Source: an uncultured Gemmatimonadaceae bacterium (GTDB lineage Bacteria > Gemmatimonadota > Gemmatimonadetes > Longimicrobiales > Gaopeijiaceae). From it: a stretch of DNA of 64,000 nucleotides. The stretch spans positions 13,615 through 77,614 of the forward strand of contig CAZJFX010000007.1 in the NCBI GenBank assembly GCA_964545395.1, given 5' to 3'. Within the stretch, counting starts at the first letter, position 1. The number at the start of each line of letters is the position of its first letter. Shown here piece after piece: positions 59,268 to 64,000 of this stretch. The notes under the pieces are model-generated. The model searched no databases. It was not told the origin of the DNA and saw nothing but the letters and a program-made list of their open reading frames with translations. A program made the translations under genes and the position numbers.

Positions 59268-59454
59268 CTTCGTTGCTGCGGTTTCGTCCGAGTGGACGTG
59301 CACCGCAACCTTGGACCTAAAGGACTTCCATGCGGTCGTTCGGCTTTACTTTTGGTGCACTTCGACTTCGGGGGCTCGTACTTGGCCTCCCGAAGGGGGC
59401 GCGCTTCGCCGTACGCACCGGATAGGCAACCGGAAGCCGGACTGGTCCCGAAGC
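59268..59454 (+). ncRNA. Candidate structured leader or small RNA (unclassified) between promoter and terminator
   Basis: There are several mutually exclusive helices; see the corresponding finding. It embeds a 31-codon ORF (59330-59425) with AAGGA 5 nt upstream of its ATG. Confidence 0.35.
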
Positions 59455-59491
59455 GGCGGGCCCCCTCCACCGAGGGGGCCCGCCGCTTTTT
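59455..59491 (+). terminator. Intrinsic terminator
   Basis: GGCGGGCCCCCT-ccaccg-AGGGGGCCCGCC is followed by GCTTTTTC. The stem is a perfect 12 bp. Confidence 0.7.
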
Positions 59492-59729
59492 CATTCCCAA
59501 CCAAGGGCGGCCCGATATGTCCCGAATCCCCATCTTCGATACGACGCACATTGATGGCGAGCAGTCTACCGGCTGCGGCACACCCGCCACCGAGAGACTT
59601 CGCATGCCGAGCCTGGCGGGCACATACTCGAGGTGCACTTCGCCGCCGGTCGCCGCGGGGACGTCGAGTGATTTCTGGTGGCGTGCGCAGGTGGAACGTA
59701 GGTGCAGTCGCCCTCGTGAGCACGCCACC

Positions 59730-62700
59730 ATGGGCTACACTCTCGTTGGACGCATGACCTTGGTCCTGGCTGCGATGCTGCTTGCGCTACCGACGGGGGC
59801 GCGCGCTCAGCACCGAGACGTCACCGGCCAGGTGGTCGCCCAGGAGAACCGGGCGCCGCTGGCAGACGTCTCGATCATGTTGGTGGGAACGCAGCGCGGC
59901 ATCCTCACCGATGGCAACGGCAGGTTCCACCTTACAGTGCCGAGCGGACTTGTGCGTCTGCGTGCTAGCATGATCGGGCGTACGACCCAGACGGTGGACG
60001 TAGGCGCAGACCAGACGAACGTGGCGGTGGTGCTGGGCACCGACGTGCTGAACCTTGATGAGATCGTGGTGACCGGGACGGCCACCTCCGTCGCCCGACG
60101 CAACCTCGCCAACGCCGTAGCCACCGTGAGCTCCAAAGAGCTCGATCAGGCACCGGCGGCAAGCTTCGAGCAACAACTTGCAGGCAAAATCGCCGGCGCC
60201 GACATCCAGGCCAACAGCGGTGCCCCCGGCGGTGGCATCCAGGTGAGTCTGCGCGGCGTCTCCACCATCATCGGCAGTTCCACGCCCTTGTACGTGGTGG
60301 ACGGCGTCATCATCAGTGATGTGGTTGTTCAGTCAGGCGCCGACGTGATTCTCAGCTCGGGAAGTGGCGTCGGCTTCACGTCGGACCAAGACAACGCAGC
60401 CAACCGCATCTCCGACCTGAATCCCAACGACATCGAGTCCATCGAAATCCTCAAAGGTGCTTCGGCCGCCGCCGTGTACGGCTCGAAGGCCAATAACGGC
60501 GTCATCATCATCACGACCAAGAGGGGGCGCTCGGGTGCGCCGCAGTTCTCCCTCACCCAGCGGTTAGGAACGTCCCAGATGTCCAACAAGCTGGGCCTCC
60601 GGCGCTTCGATAATCTCCAGGACGCCGTGGATGCTTTCGGCCCCCGCGCCGCCGACTACTGGCAGCCGGACGTCTTCTACGACCACGAGAAGGAGATCGC
60701 GGGCCACCAGCCTCTGTCCTACGAGACGGCCCTGAGCATGAATGGCGGGACCCAGGATACGCGCTACTTCGCGTCGGGTCTGGTGAAGCACGACGGAGGA
60801 ATCGTGGCCGGCTCCTACTACGACAAGCACTCCTTGCGACTGAACCTGGATCAGAACGTGGGATCCAGCGTGTCGCTGAAGCTCAACACGAACGCTGTGC
60901 ACAGCAAGACGGGACGGGGCTTCACCAACAACGACAACCGCTCGGTGTCATACTGGATGACGTTCCCACAGACGCCGACCTTTGTGGATATCCGCCAGCG
61001 GGCCGATGGCACCTGGCCTGTGAACCCCTTCGCCAATTCCAACCCGCTGCAGACCGCAGCGCTGGCCCGTAACGACGAATCGGTGTGGCGCATCATCAGT
61101 TCGAGCGACCTCCAGATCGACGCGCTGAAGACCGACGAGCAGTCGCTTAGGGTGAGCCTCACCGGCGGCATGGACTTCTTCAACCTCAAGAGCGTGGTCT
61201 ACTCCCCGCCGGAACTGCAGTTCGAGGCGCTGGACGGCAAGCCGGGCACCACCTACCTGGGCCAGACGAGCAACCTCAGCCTCAACGCCAACGCCAACCT
61301 GGTTCACACGTGGCAGCCCAAGGAGCGGAACCTCAACGCCACGACCTCGATTGGCATCCAGTTCGAGGAGCGGGACCAGGACATCGCCCAGATCCTCAAC
61401 GAGGATCTCATCGTGGGCCAGACCAACATCGACGCAGGCACCAACCCGGCGGTCTTCCAAAGGAGGCAGCGGGTGCGGGACCTGGGCCTGTTTGCGCAGG
61501 AGGAGGTGCTGCTTCTGGACGAGCGTCTTCTGCTCACCGCCGGGGTCCGTGCGGATCGGTCCAGCAACAATGCGAATCCCAATCAGTTATTCTACTATCC
61601 CAAGTTCGCCGCCTCCTATCGGATCGCGGATCTCATTCCCGGGGTGGTGGAGGAGCTGAAGCTGCGCGGCGCCTGGGGTGAATCGGGCAACCAGCCGGTG
61701 TACGGGGACAAGTTCAGCAACCTGAACGCCGGCAACATTACGGGGCTCCAGACCCTCACCATCTCCACGACGACGGTGGCGGAGGATCTGCATCCCGAGC
61801 GCCAGAAGGAGTTGGAGGGAGGGCTCGACGCCACGCTCTTCAACCGCGGGGCGCAGTTGGAGGTCACGGCCTACCAGCGCCGCATCACCGAACTGCTGCT
61901 CCGGAGAGCCCTGCCGCCGTCCAGCGGATTCAGCACCGCCATCTTCAACGGCGGCGTCATGAAGACCACCGGACTCGAAGCGGCTCTTCACACGATCCCG
62001 ATCCAGACCGAGAATCTCACATGGACCTCCCGCGTGATCTTCTCCACCGACAAGACCATCATGGAGGAGTTGCCCGTGCCTCCGTTCGCGGCCGGCGGCT
62101 TCGGGACGTCGCTCGGCGGGTTCCGGGTGGAGGAAGGCAAAAGCGTGACCCAGGTCGTCGGCCGGGATACCACGGTCGTCGCGAACGACCCGCGATGTGA
62201 CGGGCCCTGCCCTGTCGGTACCCGCATCGTCACGGGGATCGGGGACGCGAACCCAGACTTCAAGATGGGCTTCTCCAACGAGTTCCGGCGCGGTCCCCTA
62301 ACCCTGTACGGGCTGGTGGATTGGCAGCACGGCGGCGACGTCGTGAACCTCACCGCGTGGCTCTACGACCTGAGCCGCACCTCGGTCGACTTCGCCGACC
62401 CCTGCAACCTGCAGGGCTGCCGGTCAGGCGAGACCTTGGGTGAGTACCGCACGCGGCTTTATCCGGGGCGCACGAGCCGTGTCTGGGTCGGAGACGCCTC
62501 CTTCGTGAAGCTCCGGGAAGTGACGCTGACGTGCGACCTTCCCGAGGACCTCGTGCGTACCCTCTGGGGGAGGGCCAGTTATCTGCGTCTGACGTTCAGC
62601 GGACGCAACCTCCTCACGTTTACCAACTACTCGGGGATGGACCCTGAGGTCTCGAACTTCGGAAACCGGGCCATCGGCCGAAACATCGACGTCGCGCCCT

Positions 62701-62747
62701 ACCCGCCCAGCCGGAGCTTCTGGCTGTCGGTGGACGTGGGCTTCTGA
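59730..62747 (+). CDS. SusC/RagA-type TonB-dependent outer-membrane receptor
   Basis: The signal peptide is MGYTLVGRMTLVLAAMLLALPTGARAQ. A carboxypeptidase-regulatory-like domain follows (VTGQVV...VSIMLVGTQRGILTDGNGRF). The plug is IQVSLRGVSTIIGSSTPLYVVDGV...IESIEILKGASAAAVYGSKANNGVIIITTKRG. The C-terminal beta-barrel ends in WLSVDVGF. Confidence 0.88.
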   Translation: MGYTLVGRMTLVLAAMLLALPTGARAQHRDVTGQVVAQENRAPLADVSIMLVGTQRGILTDGNGRFHLTVPSGLVRLRASMIGRTTQTVDVGADQTNVAVVLGTDVLNLDEIVVTGTATSVARRNLANAVATVSSKELDQAPAASFEQQLAGKIAGADIQANSGAPGGGIQVSLRGVSTIIGSSTPLYVVDGVIISDVVVQSGADVILSSGSGVGFTSDQDNAANRISDLNPNDIESIEILKGASAAAVYGSKANNGVIIITTKRGRSGAPQFSLTQRLGTSQMSNKLGLRRFDNLQDAVDAFGPRAADYWQPDVFYDHEKEIAGHQPLSYETALSMNGGTQDTRYFASGLVKHDGGIVAGSYYDKHSLRLNLDQNVGSSVSLKLNTNAVHSKTGRGFTNNDNRSVSYWMTFPQTPTFVDIRQRADGTWPVNPFANSNPLQTAALARNDESVWRIISSSDLQIDALKTDEQSLRVSLTGGMDFFNLKSVVYSPPELQFEALDGKPGTTYLGQTSNLSLNANANLVHTWQPKERNLNATTSIGIQFEERDQDIAQILNEDLIVGQTNIDAGTNPAVFQRRQRVRDLGLFAQEEVLLLDERLLLTAGVRADRSSNNANPNQLFYYPKFAASYRIADLIPGVVEELKLRGAWGESGNQPVYGDKFSNLNAGNITGLQTLTISTTTVAEDLHPERQKELEGGLDATLFNRGAQLEVTAYQRRITELLLRRALPPSSGFSTAIFNGGVMKTTGLEAALHTIPIQTENLTWTSRVIFSTDKTIMEELPVPPFAAGGFGTSLGGFRVEEGKSVTQVVGRDTTVVANDPRCDGPCPVGTRIVTGIGDANPDFKMGFSNEFRRGPLTLYGLVDWQHGGDVVNLTAWLYDLSRTSVDFADPCNLQGCRSGETLGEYRTRLYPGRTSRVWVGDASFVKLREVTLTCDLPEDLVRTLWGRASYLRLTFSGRNLLTFTNYSGMDPEVSNFGNRAIGRNIDVAPYPPSRSFWLSVDVGF

Positions 62748-62768
62748 TCTGCCACGAGGAGAATCCAC

Positions 62769-64000
62769 ATGAACGCGAACAAGACGTTCCATAGGGTCCT
62801 CGCCGTGACCGCTGTCGTCGTGTCGGCGACGGGCTGCAACGTGGACTTCACGGTTCCGAACTACAACAACCCGGCGCGTGAAGACCTCACGGGTAACGCC
62901 ACCAAGGTCACAATCTCTGCGGCGGTGCGCGGGATCATTAGGAACCACCGCGGCCTGAAGGCCGGAATGGTGGTGCGGCTGGGCGTCTGGGGACGTGAAG
63001 GCTACGACCTGCGCCCCGAGGAGCCCCGTCCGTTCACCGAGGCGCTCATCGACCCCATCGATCCGGTGAACGGTGGGCAGTACTTCGCGGGCCAGTACAC
63101 CCAGATCGCTCAGAGCAACGCCGTGCTGACGGCCCTGGAGAACGCTCCGCTCTCGGACACGGAGCGGCGCGCGGCGACCGGCTTCGTGAAGACCTTCAAG
63201 GCTGACGCCTATTGGCAGGCGGCCATCGCCCGTGCGACCGAGGTGGGGCTCCCCTTGGACCCGAATCCGGATCCGGTGGGGGACCTCACACCCATCTCGA
63301 GCAAGGCCGAGGTGTGGGCTTACATCAACCGCCTCTACGAGGAGGCCTTGGCCGATCTTCAGGCTGGCGGCTCATCCTTCCCCTTCGAACTGCCGGCTGG
63401 ATTCTCGGGGTTCGACACGCCTGACCGCTTCGCCACAGTGAACCGAGCCCTGAAGGCGGTAGCCCTGAAGTACCAGGGAGACTGGAGTGGAACGCTGGCG
63501 GCGCTGCAGGGCTCCTTTGTCGACGCCAGCGCCTCCATGGACTACGGCGTGGAGTTCAACTACAGCACCATCTCCGGGGACGCGTCCAATTCGTTCTACA
63601 CGAGCCCCTACCAGCACGCTCATCCGCGCCTCAGGGCGGACGCGCAACTCCAGGCAGACGGATCGGTGGACCAACGAGTGCGGGACAAGCTGAAGCCGGA
63701 GGCCGCCTTCACCCTTTTCGGGGTCACGGTCTTCGACGCCATGGACGTCTACAAGAGCCTGTCCGCACCTGTGCCCTGGGTGACCAACGATCTGCTCCTG
63801 CTCATGCGGGCTGAGGCGAACCTGGCCACGGGCAACCGGGCCGCGGCTCTGGCCGACGTGAACGCGGTGCGCACCGTGGATGGCCATCTGCCGGCGCTTC
63901 CGTCCGGCTGGAACGGTGACATGCTCCACGAGATTCTCTACAACAAGCTCCTGTCGCTGCTGTGGGAGGGCGGCTTCCAGTACCTGGACTACCGGCAGTA
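62769..64000 (+). CDS. SusD/RagB-family outer-membrane lipoprotein (partial, runs off right edge)
   Basis: Hand translation gives MNANKTFHRVLAVTAVVVSATGCNVDFTVPNYNNPAREDL..., with a lipobox. The later part reads LLLLMRAEANLATGNRAAALADVNAVR. It begins 22 nt after the SusC-like stop, with GAGGAG upstream. It is absent from the ORF track because there is no stop in the window. Confidence 0.75.
   Translation, partial: MNANKTFHRVLAVTAVVVSATGCNVDFTVPNYNNPAREDLTGNATKVTISAAVRGIIRNHRGLKAGMVVRLGVWGREGYDLRPEEPRPFTEALIDPIDPVNGGQYFAGQYTQIAQSNAVLTALENAPLSDTERRAATGFVKTFKADAYWQAAIARATEVGLPLDPNPDPVGDLTPISSKAEVWAYINRLYEEALADLQAGGSSFPFELPAGFSGFDTPDRFATVNRALKAVALKYQGDWSGTLAALQGSFVDASASMDYGVEFNYSTISGDASNSFYTSPYQHAHPRLRADAQLQADGSVDQRVRDKLKPEAAFTLFGVTVFDAMDVYKSLSAPVPWVTNDLLLLMRAEANLATGNRAAALADVNAVRTVDGHLPALPSGWNGDMLHEILYNKLLSLLWEGGFQYLDYRQ

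Noticed and set aside
59268-59491. Assignment of the SusC leader to the cobalamin or TPP riboswitch class, or to tmRNA, SRP or 6S RNA.
   Set aside because: AGCCGGACTGGTCCC only partly resembles the B12 box (AGYCMGGAGACCKGCC), and no GCCACTG or GGGAA core is present. CCGGATAGGCAACCGG loosely resembles the TPP P5 hairpin, but the CUGAGA box is absent. No tmRNA, SRP or 6S hallmarks were seen. The class is left unassigned.
59692-59722. ECF-type promoter-like GGAAC-N17-CGT just upstream of the SusC-like start.
   Set aside because: It is only a 5+3-nt match. It would leave essentially no 5' UTR. It cannot be supported without a transcription-start map.
59292-59729. Upstream extension of the SusC-like ORF; the track ORF starts at 59292.
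   Set aside because: The extension crosses the intrinsic terminator, has no signal peptide and is Arg/Gly-rich. A canonical signal peptide begins at the ATG at 59730.

Overview
This is a dense, high-GC (roughly 70% by eye) bacterial chromosomal window with about 60 protein-coding genes. I found no rRNA, tRNA or CRISPR. The phylum cannot be fixed from sequence alone; the SusC/SusD pair in such a GC-rich background suggests a Gemmatimonadota-like organism, which is inference only. Most of the window is housekeeping or envelope metabolism.

Main gene content, in window order:
- A thiol-disulfide module (DsbA-like, CcdA), then a PduO-type corrinoid adenosyltransferase and a 7Fe ferredoxin.
- An M20 peptidase, an amidohydrolase, a DASS transporter and HrpB helicase.
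- A complete minus-strand suf operon: sufC-sufB-sufD-Rieske-sufS-sufU, with an ogt-type methyltransferase appended.
- lutABC followed directly by a split ThDP decarboxylase (ComD/ComE-like).
- A penicillin/AHL-acylase family gene and an orphan response regulator.
- A translationally coupled AraC-like/M28 peptidase/PHP-CehA cluster.
- An ECF sigma/anti-sigma/YbjQ triad.
- ligA-polX.
- A SusC/SusD-like outer-membrane pair that runs off the right edge.

The only clearly accessory stretch is about 55.2-58.4 kb. It holds IS256-type and ISL3-type transposase tails fused head to head. It also holds an archaeal-type TIGR00300/LOR-SDH (ornithine cyclodeaminase-like) gene of lower GC, and a 1043-bp IS that keeps its 19-bp inverted repeats around a collapsed transposase.

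Observations most worth follow-up:
1. lutABC coupled to ComDE-like genes, a possible 2-hydroxyacid to 2-oxoacid to aldehyde route.
2. A promoter, small ORF, competing hairpins and an intrinsic terminator upstream of the SusC-like gene.
3. Several genes that survive as internally collapsed remnants (thiolase, bacilliredoxin-like, plug-like lipoprotein, transposase).
4. An AGATCAGATC x3 / seven-GATC cluster.
5. A G-rich 12-nt tandem repeat upstream of the ferredoxin gene.
6. A Fur-box-like palindrome over the suf promoter.

I could not identify a recognisable defence or toxin system, and I claim no novel system beyond these leads. Many long ORFs in the track are antisense artefacts of the high GC and are rejected.
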